From Marsupella aquatica (lineage: Eukaryota; Plantae; Marchantiophyta): 64,000 bases of DNA. The position numbers were made by a program, and so were the translations under genes. Shown piece by piece: positions 1 through 13,110 of this stretch (position 1 is its first letter; the number at the start of each line of letters is the position of its first letter). The notes under the pieces were generated by a model. The model was given only the letters and a program-made list of their open reading frames with translations, had not been told where the DNA came from and did not search any database. The stretch is taken from positions 20,962,451 through 21,026,450 of the forward strand of contig OZ316894.1 of assembly GCA_973895155.1 (NCBI GenBank), read 5' to 3'.

Positions 1-834
1 TGGATTCTCTTCATGGTATTTGTGAGGCCTCCGGCCCTAGCAGAAAACATACTAGAATTCTCAGGATTAAAGAATTAGTAGGTATGGAAAAGTTGAGATG
101 GATCACGCGCTCAGATGCTAGGCTCTATAGTTAAACACTTATCTTAGGTCGCTTGGCAGCGGTCTGATACTTTTTTTGGAGTGGTCCTCTTTGACCTGGA
201 GTTTTGGAAGAAACTGGCCCTCCATTTTTTTGTTCTTTTCTGGCTTTGTTCTTTGCCTTGTATGGCTTTTGGCCCCCCTTCCCGTGGGTTTTTGCGGGTT
301 TTATTTAAAAAATTTTAAAAATTTTAAAAATTTTAAAAATAGTCCACCTTCAGTTGATTCTTTTTGCGTTGCTTCATCATATGCCATCTTAGCTTGGTAG
401 TCGACCACAATCGAATCCATGATGCACCTTCCGTCTTCTTACCACTGCTGCTGCTGCATTTCCATGGTTTCTTGGCGAGACGAGAGGTGTTGAGTTTTGA
501 ACTCAACCAAGGCAGGCCTGGCTCCAACAAATCAATAGGGAGTTTTCGGCCATGCTTGGTGCTCAAGTGAGTCTGAAAATGACTTGAACGAAGAGAAACC
601 GCGAGGAGCATGACCGGCGCATATACACTTGAATACGTGGTTCCCCTGCTCGCCTACACGGTATCAAAAATGCTGTCCCTCCTTTGCCAATGTTAGTTTC
701 TTGGCATGGGGCACCATGACTACCTTGGTTGGGTTCAAAACCCAACCGACCTGCCCAATGTTCACTCCTTGATCTCCCTGAATTGCTTGACACTCACTCC
801 AATCACCCGATAGGCAATCTCAAGTGATTTCACA

Positions 835-1118
835 GTCCCCCTTCACTAGCTCCAGCTCCCTGAATTGCTCTATACTCACTCACTCCTAATCGCACGCTCC
901 CTTCACCAGCTCCCAATCGATCGCTCCCAATCGCTTCCAATCGCTTGCAATCCCCCTTCACCAGCTCCCAATCGCGCGCCCGACAAGCAATCCCCCTTCA
1001 CCAGCTCCCTAAATTGATCGCTCCCAATCGCTCCAAATCGCCCGCAATCCCCCTTCACGAGCTCCCAATTGCGCGCCCGACAGGCAATCCCCCTTCACCA
1101 GCTCCCTAAATTGATCGA
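835..1118. repeat. Imperfect tandem repeat array (CCCCTTCACCAGCTCCC / AATCGC units)
   Basis: About 6 copies of cccct-tcaccagctccc interleaved with aatcgc/aatcg motifs, inside the putative Mutator-like element. Confidence 0.8.
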
Positions 1119-1639
1119 TTGATTTGTGAGCTCCAGTAGTGGAATCCCTCCTTAAAACAATCCTCCTCTCTCATCGGCCGCCATCTCTCTAAAATCCTAA
1201 ACCCTCGCCAAAGATAAGGCATACGTGCAACTGATCATGCACCCTAAACCCTAGCAATGAAGTAGCAAAGCAGACGCAACGTAGTCGTGTTACATGAAAT
1301 AGAATTCAAAGAATACATAAACCATGTAGTATTCTGTGTTGTATTCTCAACATACAAAAGAATGTTGCAACGTGTTACATAACAGATAGATCAAAGAATA
1401 CATAAACAATGTTGTATTCTATTCATAACGCAAGAGAAAATACCCATTACACAATACAGGTTTTCAAAATTATGCAACTGAAGGGATCCCCCAATACTCA
1501 TCTGAAATGCGAATTGTTCATCATTGAAGCTATGGAGAATGCTAAATGACACTAAATCATCTTACCAAACCACCAATCTCTTCAAGAAATAACAAGAATA
1601 CAACAACCAAAACGTATTCTGCATGACACAACATCCCTA

Positions 1640-2278
1640 TCATTTGCCTTTCAAGTCTTCGGCGGATTTGATGGTGGACAAACAAAACTTTGAAATCATT
1701 GCTGCAGTCACCTCCAATTGCTGCATAAGGACATCAGCATCCACAAGATTGCTTCTGCTGATCACTTTCTCAACTCTTGTTCTCACAGGGGCACGACTAG
1801 GAGGGCATCGCCACATCTCAACAACGAGCTTATTCACAATAGCAGAGTGTCGTCCTGCCTTAATCCACACTAGACAGTATGGGATCTGAGAAATTTGCTG
1901 GTGCATTGTTTCTAGTTGGCGAATGGTACCATACTCTGCAAATTTGTCAGCAGTCATGTCCACAAGCTCTCGTGCAGCTTGAAAGATAGTGGCCTTGAAT
2001 GGCCCAGTGTTCTCATATGCATCCACCATGCAAATATCGAAACTATACAAATGACAATTGTTACCGTCTACCAGTGGGTTGTGCTTGCATTGCTCCGCTG
2101 CCTCAATGGACTTCCCACAAACCAAACCACCGCCAATGCCATGCCTGCAACCTCTGTAAGTGAACTTTCTGGGCCATGGGAAATCAGAGTGAAAGTTACA
2201 AACATATACCGGGATTGGCCCAATGATGATGTCTGGCCGCTCCTTCATTGCAATTTGCACATCCTCAAGGGTCGACAT
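1640..2278 (-). CDS. RPA1 C-terminal (DBD-C)-like OB-fold/zinc-ribbon protein, TE-borne
   Basis: Intronless ORF (probable start MSTLEDV) with FTYRGC..VCGKS..QCKH..LYSFDICMVD..TGPFKATIF-QAARELVDMTADKF, matching the recalled RPA70-C pattern Y.AC..C.KK..C..C..Y.l...D.tg....F..A..l.g.ta. Confidence 0.6.
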   Translation of the reverse strand: MSTLEDVQIAMKERPDIIIGPIPVYVCNFHSDFPWPRKFTYRGCRHGIGGGLVCGKSIEAAEQCKHNPLVDGNNCHLYSFDICMVDAYENTGPFKATIFQAARELVDMTADKFAEYGTIRQLETMHQQISQIPYCLVWIKAGRHSAIVNKLVVEMWRCPPSRAPVRTRVEKVISRSNLVDADVLMQQLEVTAAMISKFCLSTIKSAEDLKGK

Positions 2279-2884
2279 ATATAGCAGGAACACGAGCAAG
2301 AACACGAGCGGGAACAGAAGGAACACGAGCTAGAAGGAACACAAGCCAAAAGGAACATGAGCAAGAACACGAGCCGGAACCAGCAACACGAGAAAATGTC
2401 GAGAAATAAACCAAATGACAACAAAACAGGTTCCGAAAGGGTTCCATAAAGGGCGGGCACATTTGAATTTTGAAAATTATTCCTTTAAGATTTGTACACA
2501 TTATAGACAATGTCTTCATAAAAGCAAGGAGGTTGGGGGAGGTATGGCTTGCCGGCTGTTGCAAGCTCCAATAAACTATTTTCTTTGTATCTTGAACACT
2601 AAAGTGACAATGTATTCTGAAATCCTGTGAGCCGGGCACGAAGGCTCCAATGCCACCGCAAACTCGTTCAATTATTGTTTTGAATACAATAGTCATACTG
2701 TATTCACAAAAACTGCCATGGTGCTGCACGGAGTTCGATTGCCGCCAGGGCTACAACACTTGTGGACTGCGACATTATTGACGGCCGACTACACATGACC
2801 AACCACGGTTTCCATAGGGTACGCAGTGGACTCGAACTGCGTGGTAAGCTGTTTCATAAGAACATACCTGTACGGAGTGGGCCC

Positions 2885-2994
2885 GGAGGTCCATTGGGAG
2901 AGAATCTAAACTTTGGGGTCCATTGGGAGGGCGTGAGAAACTTTTGGTCCATTAAGAGAGAAAGTTGCATTTGGAGGTCCACTAAGTATATCTC
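2885..2994. mobile_element. Putative Mutator-like (MULE) terminal inverted repeat, right end of an element extending left beyond the window
   Basis: Four GGTCCA(T/C)T motifs at ~29-30 bp period, ending ...GTATATCTC (reads GAGATATAC from outside). The partner TIR is not in the window. Confidence 0.5.
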
Positions 2995-3051
2995 TACATC
3001 AAACAAGCGCGCTCACTCGCTGATGTGATTTCTCCGGGTTTGGAAAACCGA

Positions 3052-3121
3052 GGGTGAGGTCTTGTGGCATTCACGAAGCACTGCGCGGGTGAGGTCTTGT
3101 GGCATTCACGAAGCACTGCGC
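3052..3121. repeat. Perfect 35-bp tandem duplication upstream of GCP4
   Basis: gggtgaggtcttgtggcattcacgaagcactgcgc x2. Confidence 0.95.
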
Positions 3122-3370
3122 ACTTGTATCGATCCGATCGTTTAGCAAAGCTCATGGTGCCTCACAGAAGGTCACGAAGAAGTCATTGTATCATAGCAAG
3201 TAGAAAGCCTAAATAGAAAAAGCTACCTGTTATAAGTGACTTCAGCCAGATTCAGCACTTTGCGTTGTATCGGGCCAGAAGTGTCCATATATTTCGATGC
3301 CCAAAACATGCAGAAGTAATCTGGCGTCATCAAACGGGTGAGCTAACCCAATTGTGACAAGCTGAGGAAG

Positions 3371-6300
3371 ATGCTGCATGAGCTGCTGCTGGCTCTGGTG
3401 GGCTGTACGGGCGATGTATTCATGGATGTGAAAGAGCAGGCCCAAGCTCTTGGGCTCACTTCCCCAAGGATGAGAAAGGCGAGAGTGAAGAAATCGATGA
3501 TGAATGCACTTTCAGGCTGGCACCAGACATCACATTCTTGCAAGATTCCGAGAGGTGGGTCGCCTTCTCAATCAACATATCTGGCATTGGCAACTCTTTT
3601 TGGCAAAAAGATTTAATCTGCGATCTGGGGTTCCTGATTTGTTGCAAGCTTGGTTTATTTCTTCTGCGGGCGTCCAACTGAGCTGAAATGTTGCTTTCTT
3701 CACATTCTTCCATAGCATACAAATTCAACGAAAGATTCCGAAATTTGTAGTCGAGCTGGGCAGTATCAGGTACTAGTTAATCTGCTCTGCTGCTATGGCA
3801 TGTCATTAACTTGCTTTCTTGGTACCTGACAGAGCCCTTCTGGACAGACTTCTTCGGCTTGGTTTCTACTATCGAGAGCTTGACCGGTTTACAGTGCGCT
3901 GTCGGAATTTAAGCTGGATCAAATCTCCTTATCCAGATGCCAACACTGGAACCAATGGACTGTTTGCTATGGTCAAAAGAAATAAGACTCCCAGCGTTTA
4001 CAGGAGAGCCCTTGCAAACGGCATTGCGGAAATCCTAGCTGTGTACAGGTCTGCGGTCCTGAAAGTGGAACAGAACCTTCTTTGTGATCCTGTCCCTGTG
4101 CTGGCGAGTGTAACACAAGGCTTACATCAGGTACGCCCACGTCTATCACAACACTCAATGGTGTCCAATAGGAAACTCGAAACTGAACTGTCTTGATCAT
4201 AAAATTCACTCGAGGCACGCGACAAGACTTAGAGCTTGCGAATAATCTCTAGATCCTATTTGAAGCATTAAGTCTTGATTCACGTGTGATCAGGTCATGG
4301 GAAGAGGGTTGACGTGTTTAATGAATTTTTTTCCTCTTCCATCCATGGACGACATCGATACTAAAATTAGGGAAAAATGAACTGTGAATGAACGAATTAG
4401 GATACTTAAGCTCAGAGGGAGTCAGACATTGGGCCCTGGAACCTTACTGAGATTTATCAAGAAAAAATGAACTGTGAATGAACGAATTAGGATACTTAAG
4501 CTCAGAGGGAGTCAGACATGGGGCCCTGGAACCTTACTGAGATTTATCAAGAGGATTTGAATCAAACCATCAGATGGGGTTGATCATGATCACAGCCATG
4601 ATTGTGCATCTGCTGCTGGCTATGCAGTTTGAACTGCTACTTCCACCCTTATATGCTTTGGTGTGTGAAGTAGAACGAGAAGAACTGAAAGGGGGCCGCC
4701 TGCTCAATCTCCTGCATGCCAAATGTCACTGTGGTGTACCCGAGCTTCAAGCATGTATGCAAAGGTTTGGCATCGGAAATCTCTGATGGAACTTGATGGT
4801 TGCTGAGTTTAGGGGAAGAATTTCTTTCAATCACCATGTTAGCTGCAGTTGTATGAACGCCGCTGAATTGAAGAAGCAGTAAACTGAGAGATATGTTGTC
4901 GTTTGGCCACAGCAACTGTTAAATGGAAAGCTTTCTTAGGGGATCTATGCTAGACATGTGTTGAGGCTTGCCGGGATCTATGCTAGACATGTGTTGAGGC
5001 TTGCCGCGTCCGTGTTTTACTGTAGGCTTCTCTGGCATGGACATCAAGTTATGTATCGACAACTAGGATCTTGGATGGTGTATGGTTTACTTCAAGATCC
5101 CCACATTGAATTTTTTATAACCAGGTATTAATCACGCAAACTCTATTTCTATCAGGGAAGTAGGGGTCCCATTCAGTGGATACAGTTTTATAGCTTCGTT
5201 AAGAATCCCGTCCTTTACAAGTCACTCTCGGCTATAAATCATTTAGTTACAGGACATCAAAAGTTGTGACACTTAATCTAAATACTACGCAGAGATCTGA
5301 GTTGATGCCACATTCATAGTTGAGAGTTTGCATGTTTGCTATCGATAGGTTCATCTTCTAGACGATCTGTGCTTTCAGAGGCCAGGATGGTGGAAGTCAA
5401 ACTGGACTTGCAGACACTGAGCAACCATCGGAAAAAGGTGGGAGTCGCTTAGCGGATGATTCCCGTTTGGCGGATTGGCACACGGGCTTTCACATCAGTC
5501 ATGTAAGTAGTCACTTTGAGGCTTCTGCGAGAAATCCATCCGTCCATCATCACTGTCATATCACCATATAGACCTCAAGACTATTGTGCTCCGGTGATGG
5601 GCGGTAGTTTTTCTTTGAGCATTGTAGTCAGTCTATGGACTCTTGCCCATCGTTTCATTGTGTAAACCCTGCTGTATGTTAGGAAGGTGAGTGATATTGG
5701 TTTATCTTTTGCCAAGATATTGTGAAGTTTGCCCTTGACACCATGAGACATTTCAGGAGATGCTGCCAGAGTACATTCAAATTCCAGTGGCCGAGTCCAT
5801 TCTATTTGTGGGCAAGGCGGTTAGAGTTCTTCGCAATCCCAGTACTTCGTTCAAGGTTGAAACAAGTATATCCCAAAGGCCAGGTTCCAAAGGACAGCAG
5901 CGACCAGATGATGTTCTTATGCCACTACCATTTTCCAAAGACTCAATCGCAGGCAGAGGAAATTCTCACCGTCCAGAACTTTTACCGGAGGCTGAAGCTG
6001 AAAAGATAGCTTCAATGCTCCGTGATTTGAAGGTCTGGTCATTTAGCCCATGAGTCACGTCACAGTATATCTAAATTCACTGTTTATCGTATAAGCTTAA
6101 TTCTCCTATCGTCGAGGGAGTAGAGATTTATTTTCTTGGTCTTGATGGGCAAAGTATGTCTTGATCAATTTGTGTTGATGGCGAGGTTGGAATGGTGGTC
6201 GGTGGAAAGCGGGATTCTTAGTGCTAAATATGGATCTCTGCAGTAGACATGTTGTACCTTTATATGCAGATTGGCCAAAACGAACAAGCATTTTAACCCG

Positions 6301-9300
6301 AAGAATCTCGTAATTTTGCAGGAGGCTCCTGAATTCCACAAGATGTCTCTGGAGCAAGCAGTTGACGCAATTCGTGCTATTGCAGCCACACATCTTTGGC
6401 AGGTGGTTTTCCGGGTTCTCTCAAGTTTAAGGCTCGGTCGTTGGTCTGTTGTTCCCATTCTCTGTGCGCAAACTAAGCGGATCCAGGAATTGGGATAGAA
6501 TTGTGGTTGATTGGAAAACCCGAATACATGTATGGTGGTGGAACTGGCATGTTAACGGAATTCCTTATTGCTGGACTCTTTTTGTTTATCATTCTGAGAT
6601 TTCCATTCTGGGTGCTCCTGCAGCTGGTAGTGGTCCATTCAGATCTAATAGGCCATTTGAAGGCTTTAAAGGACTACTTCCTTCTTGCCAAAGGAGATTT
6701 CTTCCAGGACGGCCCAGCATGCGAATCAGCTTTCAACTTCCTTCTTGCTGATGAAAATGGTCTCTTGAAGAGCCTTTCGTTTAGTCGTGGTGCTTCAAGA
6801 TGATCTCTCCCTGGGGGCATCTTTGTAGTTATAAACTTTGTAAAAATCCAACGTCACCTTAGGAACAGTCACTTTATTGTACTTGTCCAGAAGTTGAAAT
6901 ATCTGGTAATTGGCATGGCTTGGAACGCCCAATGTTGCTGCAGTGTTTTTTGGAGGAGAGTCGCAGCTTGATGCAACTCCCACCACGGACATCAACGGCT
7001 GAAGCTAATCTCAAAATACCATTCCAGCAGGTAACCATTGCAGACCAGCGCGTTTGGATGGCCCCATTGCCCTGTCCGTGCTTCTTCCCCTTTTTGAATC
7101 TTAAAGGTGGATGAGCAGACCCGTAAAATTATGTGCAGGCTGCGGTTAAAGCGATTGGAGATGATGATAAATACTTTTCAAGGGTCTCACTAAGGTATGA
7201 ATTTTTGGATGCTAACGTGTATCTCTGGAGTACTGATGTAAGAGGGGACTATTAATCTGAAGTGCAACCTTGGATATGAATTTTTGGGACCGAACTTTTG
7301 TTTAAGAGTTATGACATGCAGAACGGTGTGGCGTCAATTAGATTCTAGACTTTACAGCTGTTCCCAATTGTGATGTGAGCTTAGTTTTCCCAATCCTTAC
7401 AACAAGGGTGGATTAGAAGTATGCAAGATGAACTCAAATTAAATGTCGAATACCACAGCTACATGTGAAGAGACAGTTTCTGCTGTTAAGTCTTATCAAA
7501 TTTTAAATTTTGATAACTCAACGTTCTGAACATATTCGCAGGATGCCATTGCTTGGCAAATCGTTTAATACTGGGAACATCCCAGCGGATATCTCAAGGC
7601 AAAGAATCGGTGCTGACGGTATTTCCAGTGGGGCTTTAAGTGCTTTTGGCGAGTCATCAGCAAGTCTTGCTTATGACGGATGGGACGGACTTGCATTGGA
7701 CTACTCAATCGACTGGCCTTTGCAGTTGTTGTTCACGCAAGAAGTTCTCGCAAAGTAAGATATACCCACTGTATAGTCGTTTACTGGTGATTCTGTTTCC
7801 GCTGATATTCCCTGCAGAGTGATTATTTGGTATGGTGTCACAGTTTAATAGCTTTTTTTCATAATGAACATATCAAAGTTTTATCAGTCCCCTGATGACT
7901 TGCCCGGAATCCTATCAATCAAGAAGCATGGCTTGCAATTGCTCTGTAGGATCTGTGCCTGTCGCAATCAAAATCATGGAGTCAATTAGTGTCCAATAAT
8001 TGCTGCATTGCTCGATATAGTCAGGCTTTATGGTGATGTATTTGTTTGACCTCAGGTATAGCAAAGTCTTCCAGTATCTGCTTCGACTGAAGCGGATACA
8101 GCTCGAGTTGGAAAAGTCATGGGCAGAAGCCATGCACTTTGATAGGGCAGACTCTCGGAGGCAACGAAAGGACCCAGTTAATGGAAGCCATGCATGGCAG
8201 CGGCGACAATTACGTATGCCGATGTGGCGTGTGCGGCAGCACATGACCTACCTTATCACAAATTTACAGTTCTACATACAGGTGTGCTTACTAGCTCTTA
8301 TCTTATGTTGCAAGTAATCTTCGATTCTTTCATGGACATGATTTTGGCAACCAAATTTCATGAGTCATAAACTTGAAGTTTTAGGAATAGACATTGGGGG
8401 AACCAAAGTATGGAGAGTTCTACGTTGGAAAGTCACACCAGACGGTCGTTGGTAGATCATTGAAGTTGTAAAGGCCTTGCCTTCGTATTCGTCCCTACTG
8501 CCTAAGACATAAACAAGTGACTTTGTTTTGCCTTGCGATCTTGTTTGTGGCCAGGTCGATGTTATAGAGTCACAATGGAATCTCTTACAGGAGCGAGTTG
8601 AGGCCTCGAAAGATTTTACAGAACTAGCACGGTTTCATCAAGAGTAGGATTCTTCCCTTGCATAGTAAACTGCTATGGTGGTCGTCTAGATAAAAACTTT
8701 TACACAGAATGAAACTCGAACGTGGAGCTATTTTCATACCCCGTTGCACTTTTACGCTCTTCGCATTTGTATATATACCTGTGAAGAGCACTGATGTCCA
8801 GCTTCATCGTTCTCACAGTTGCCTGTTGGACCACTACAGGTACTTATCAGCCCTCATATCACAATCGTTTTTAGATATTGGATCCGTGTCAAGGATATTA
8901 GACAGCATCATCAAGCTCTGCTTGCAGCTGTGCCGAGTCATAGAGCAACAGGATGGGACTCCTGGCACTGCAGAACTTGAACAGATAACAGAGGTGCATT
9001 CACTGTCTATCATGGAACCATGCATGTTTATTTCCCGGTCTCACATCGTTGATTTCGACGTTATCTGTAATGTTAACAGGGGCGTCGGCGCTAGACGTTC
9101 ACCAAGCCATCGACGGTCATTGGACCGTTTTGATGTTGAGAATGTTCTCTGCTTGAATGAAGCTGGTATAGGATGGCGTTTTTGTCCAAGCTGACTGTCT
9201 GTTTCACTCTTTTCGTGGGTTATGGTTTTGTAGGAGTTCAACAAGAAGTCAAACTTTTTGTACACTATTTTGAGGAGCAGCAAGCTTGCTGGAAGTCAAC

Positions 9301-9824
9301 GAGCTCCATTCCTTCGTCAGTTCCTTCTGCGGTTAAATTACAACTCGTTTTTTGAGGTATTTTTGTTATGCTAGCCTATGGTCCGTCTTTCTTGCAAATT
9401 TTGATTGACCATACTATGGGCATGAGGCTAGAAGACTGAGTCAAGATTTGGGCTAAGCTAGTTTACAAAAAACATTACACAAGATATGATTCCACAAGTT
9501 AGATTGTTGGGTAGAAGGATCTGAGTGGTGTTTATCCCTCTTCGGAACAATTCACCGCTTTTCCAGTCTTCATGTGATGGACGTAATGAGGATTGTTCCC
9601 AAGTTTAGGCTCTGCACAAGGTTTTTGTTATTCAGTAGTGAAAGATGTCATCTCGCGTGAGGCACGAATCAGTCCCATCTCGTAGTTGATCCTCTGTTAT
9701 GAGGGGAAAAATAAGGGACTCCTTCACATAACACGGTGCACATTGACTTCAACATGCCACTGCAAGAGGAGCACTGAATATGGCACGACCACGCCTCGGC
9801 CCTGGACCATTGGGGAGTAGTTGA
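3371..9824 (+). CDS. GCP4: Gamma-tubulin complex component 4, 16 exons; possibly a pseudogene as assembled
   Basis: Exons 3371-3554, 3833-4130, 4628-4764, 5026-5124, 5379-5502, 5757-6032, 6322-6402, 6624-6707, 6944-7030, 7139-7194, 7542-7754, 8056-8281, 8555-8643, 8840-8993, 9234-9356, 9756-9824. Translation is colinear with plant GCP4 (MLHELLLAL, LGFYYRELDRF, CHCGVPEL, HLKALKDYFLL.KGDFFQ|CFLEESR, NLQFYIQ|VDVIESQW, SQRAPFLR, ATARG). Lesions: frameshift near 3462, GA donor at 6708, AT acceptor at 9754-9755. Confidence 0.95.
4373..4552. repeat. 90-bp tandem duplication in GCP4 intron 2
   Basis: Two near-identical copies of aaaaatgaactgtgaatg...gatttatcaaga. Confidence 0.95.
4940..5005. repeat. 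33-bp tandem duplication in GCP4 intron 3
   Basis: gggatctatgctagacatgtgttgaggcttgcc x2. Confidence 0.95.
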
Positions 9825-11169
9825 CCAAGTAGTTAGAAAAAGGGAGTAGCTTGAGTGTATGGTTAAAACAAGGACAGTTTTGCAGTTCTATTGTGATCAG
9901 AAGATATATGTGGGTTTCAATGAATCCGAGCAGATGGCAAACGATTGTGACGGCTAAGACAGGTGACAAGAAAAGAGTTAGACAATCAAGTTCACTTGCA
10001 TGCGGAAGTACTCAGCAGACAGTCATGCAGCGGACAGAACAGGCTTCGAGGAAACCTGGAGGGGCCCAAAGAACGCTATGTTGTGAAACTACAGTCGGTG
10101 ACCAGAGAAGGCCATAGCCCAGGACGGCTCATCAACTTCAACTTACATCAGATGAAAATCTAGACTACACATAATGATCTTGCTTGAGAGCAGATACACA
10201 GCTGTGAATCTCCAAGAAAGATCACCTTCGAAAACAATCGCACGGGTCAGATTTTTCTGGTTTCGTCATGGGTGTGATCCATCTGCCTTAAGTCGGGGTT
10301 ACTTTGCCCTTACTGCCTGTTTTTATTGTTATGACGACTAAATGTCTGCCAAGGTTTAAACAGAAACAATCGCACCAAACACAATTTAACACTTCGGATC
10401 CTCCGGCGGAGAATGCCCTGGATGAGAACTCCATCCTCATCAAAGTTAACGTCTGTCGTCAACTTTAAGGCCTTTAACAAGTCCTTCGACAGCAGTGTTA
10501 TCCTAACTTTCCTCTGTACACTTTCTTCGATCAACGGATCAGACGGTCAAGCTATGTGATGTAGATTGTAAGGCTATGCCAGACTCACCTTCGTGAGTAA
10601 TACACGTGGTAACGATCTTATATATACCAATCTCGGCTTTCCCAAGGGCTGTCCATTCCACGATCAGATGACAGAACTTCTTACTCAGGTATATCCTTGC
10701 GACAATTCCTGAGAGGAGCCCATGCAACAACGCTTGGCTCATACACCTACTGGTATAGCATAATGTCTTCAGCCCACATCTAGATAACATGCCACTGCGA
10801 ACGCTGCAAGAAGAAATGAAACTGATCTTAATGTCCTTGTACCATGATCATGACCAAGATGCTGGCTTGACACGAATGAAACGAAATTGCTCCAAGTAGT
10901 GTATCTTTCCATCCACCCTTGCGTCTTTATTCTCACCCAGGCGATGCTTGCCAATATTTCGAGGTGGAGAGACAAACAACCCGAAAAGTGCGTGAGATAC
11001 TGATTTGTCTTCAGTGCCCAGCTAGTAAATTATTCATCACTCTACATACAGATGCAGCCTGTCAATCTGCAAAGATAATCTTCCAGGTTCCTGTGTTCAT
11101 GAAGGTCAGGATCTGACGAGCAATGCACAGTTGTGCGCATCAAAGTTACTGAAATCTTCCTGGCGGTAT

Positions 11170-11555
11170 GTTTTTTTACTAACTTGTCTCCAAAAGTACC
11201 TGATATTACTAACGCATCCCCCAAATAAAATTAATTATTAATCTGTCCTGCATTTTATATTTGGGTTGGTATTAACTAGTATACATGTTCCCTTTGACAT
11301 GTGCCAACTCACTATTGGCTAGCCTTGCCACCCCTAGCATTTCCTGAGTAAAACTGAGGGCTGAAGTGTTGGGTTTTTCCAGGGGAGTGTGGAGTGAAAA
11401 ATGATATATTTTTGCCCCTCTCGGAAGAGCATGGCGGCGGGTTAAAGTAGCCAATAGTGTGCTGACACAAATACAAAATGGGGGACAGGTTAATAACTAA
11501 CATGTTAATAATATTGGGTAGTTTGGGGAACAGGGTTAGTAGTTAGTAAAAAGTT
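11170..11555. mobile_element. Degenerate foldback/MITE-like element with long imperfect inverted repeats
   Basis: Matching arms: tttttactaac/gttagtaaaaa, ttattaatctgtcc..attttatatttg/caaatacaaaat..ggacaggttaataa, cactattggcta/tagccaatagtg. No TSD resolved. Confidence 0.55.
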
Positions 11556-12420
11556 GTATTACAGAAACCAGTATATAGTAGAAAAACAATCAATCATGAC
11601 CTGCTACCGACCATGACAAACACTATCTACTGTAACTCCCATAGAGAACTGTTTCATTTTTGTGTTCTTATCTTGATTGAAGAAGTCCGGACCTATTTAT
11701 GGACCTATTTATTGAAAGGACCAAACAAATATGATGAAGTAAAAAGCAAATGATGTCCAGATAGGACAAACTCAACGGTATGCAGTTCAAAACTTCCATG
11801 GAAGTCCGGAGGGAATGTGTGGTATGATTCATTGACCTTTTGGGGGGGATGTATCTTCCACGACTCTCTTCATAATCTCATCTGAGTACAAATACTGCTG
11901 GACACTCGATTCGCTCCAACCTGTTTAACATTGTTTAAGTACTAGCATGCATGTGTTTGCCATTCGTTACACCCGTGTCTTTGCCATTCATTACACCTTG
12001 TGGACATACACAAAGCACCTTATAATCTTCTCCATGAACGGAGATTGAAGTCCAAATACGGGAATGATAATAGGGGCCAACCTCGGCCACTCTGTTCATA
12101 TATTCAATGTACTACACATGTTTGAGTGCAGGTCCCGAGCCTAAACCCCCTTCCCAGCTTGGCAAAGACATGTATATAATTATGTAAGCAATAATATAAG
12201 ACATATGCCAACATTGAACTATTCATCCACAATGGACACTATATTCTCTTCTACAGTCGTCGTTGCATTCAAGTCACTTGCGCATCATGTGGAGAAGGCA
12301 CATAAAATGTCTGGAAAGTTGGGCAACATAGTCCACGTTTGGCTGGAGCCAATTTGGATATTTCTAATGATGTCCATAGTTGCCTGCCTCAGAGGCGCTT
12401 CATTACGCGTGATTTGGATG

Positions 12421-12707
12421 CTCGGGGGGTTGACTATCAAAAATCTTAGGAACCACGTGCGATCCAAAATAAGTATTTTTGGCAGATTTTAACTAAATTT
12501 TTAAAAAGCGTAAGAGGCAAAAGAAGGTATTATAAACTCATATTTATAGAATATTCTTTAATATATACCCTTTATAAAGTAAAATAGGTTATTAATATTG
12601 AAAATAGAGAATATTCTTGGAATATTTTCTTTATAAAATAGGTCTATTTATATTAGGCTAGGATCGCACGTGGTACCCCAAAACATACACTTAGTTAACC
12701 CCCTGAG
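12421..12707. mobile_element. MITE with 8-bp TSD
   Basis: TIRs CTCGGGGGGTTGACTA / TAGTTAACCCCCTGAG; subterminal IR accacgtgcgatcc/ggatcgcacgtggt; TSD TTTGGATG at 12413-12420 and 12708-12715; AT-rich core. Confidence 0.9.
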
Positions 12708-13110
12708 TTTGGATGCCTGGTTAATTATGTTGCTAAGCAGAAACGGTGGAGCTGCTCGGTTTTTTGTCCTCTGTGTTGCCTTCGATGCCAACTGAAGGGC
12801 TTCATACATTCTCCCTTTGCCCTGGTACTAGTGTGGTCTAGGATGGTAAGGCACATGCCGGCAAGGGCGTCTACAGATTCCTTGTCAAATTTGGCTTGGA
12901 ATGATAATGCCTTATCCTTTTTTTTCATGCACAGCCTCTCAGGTGCATTTGGTCCGTTCACCAAATTCCGTGGGTCACCCGGAGGATACGGATCCACATT
13001 TTCTTTGTTGGAGTCTACGGCAACTTTCCCCTTGCACTTGCGTCTGCCCTTCACACCCATCAATTTGTCTACCCATCTGTGTTTGGCGACTGTAGTCCTC
13101 TCACTCCCTC

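Noticed and set aside
835-1118. CRISPR-like repeat array
   Set aside because: Irregular units, no unique spacers, eukaryotic context, no cas genes
9851-11130. Short ORFs downstream of GCP4
   Set aside because: No recognisable motif or consistent exon structure
11600-13110. Possible decayed TE ORF hosting the MITE and Gypsy fragment
   Set aside because: Frames are too broken to assign a family
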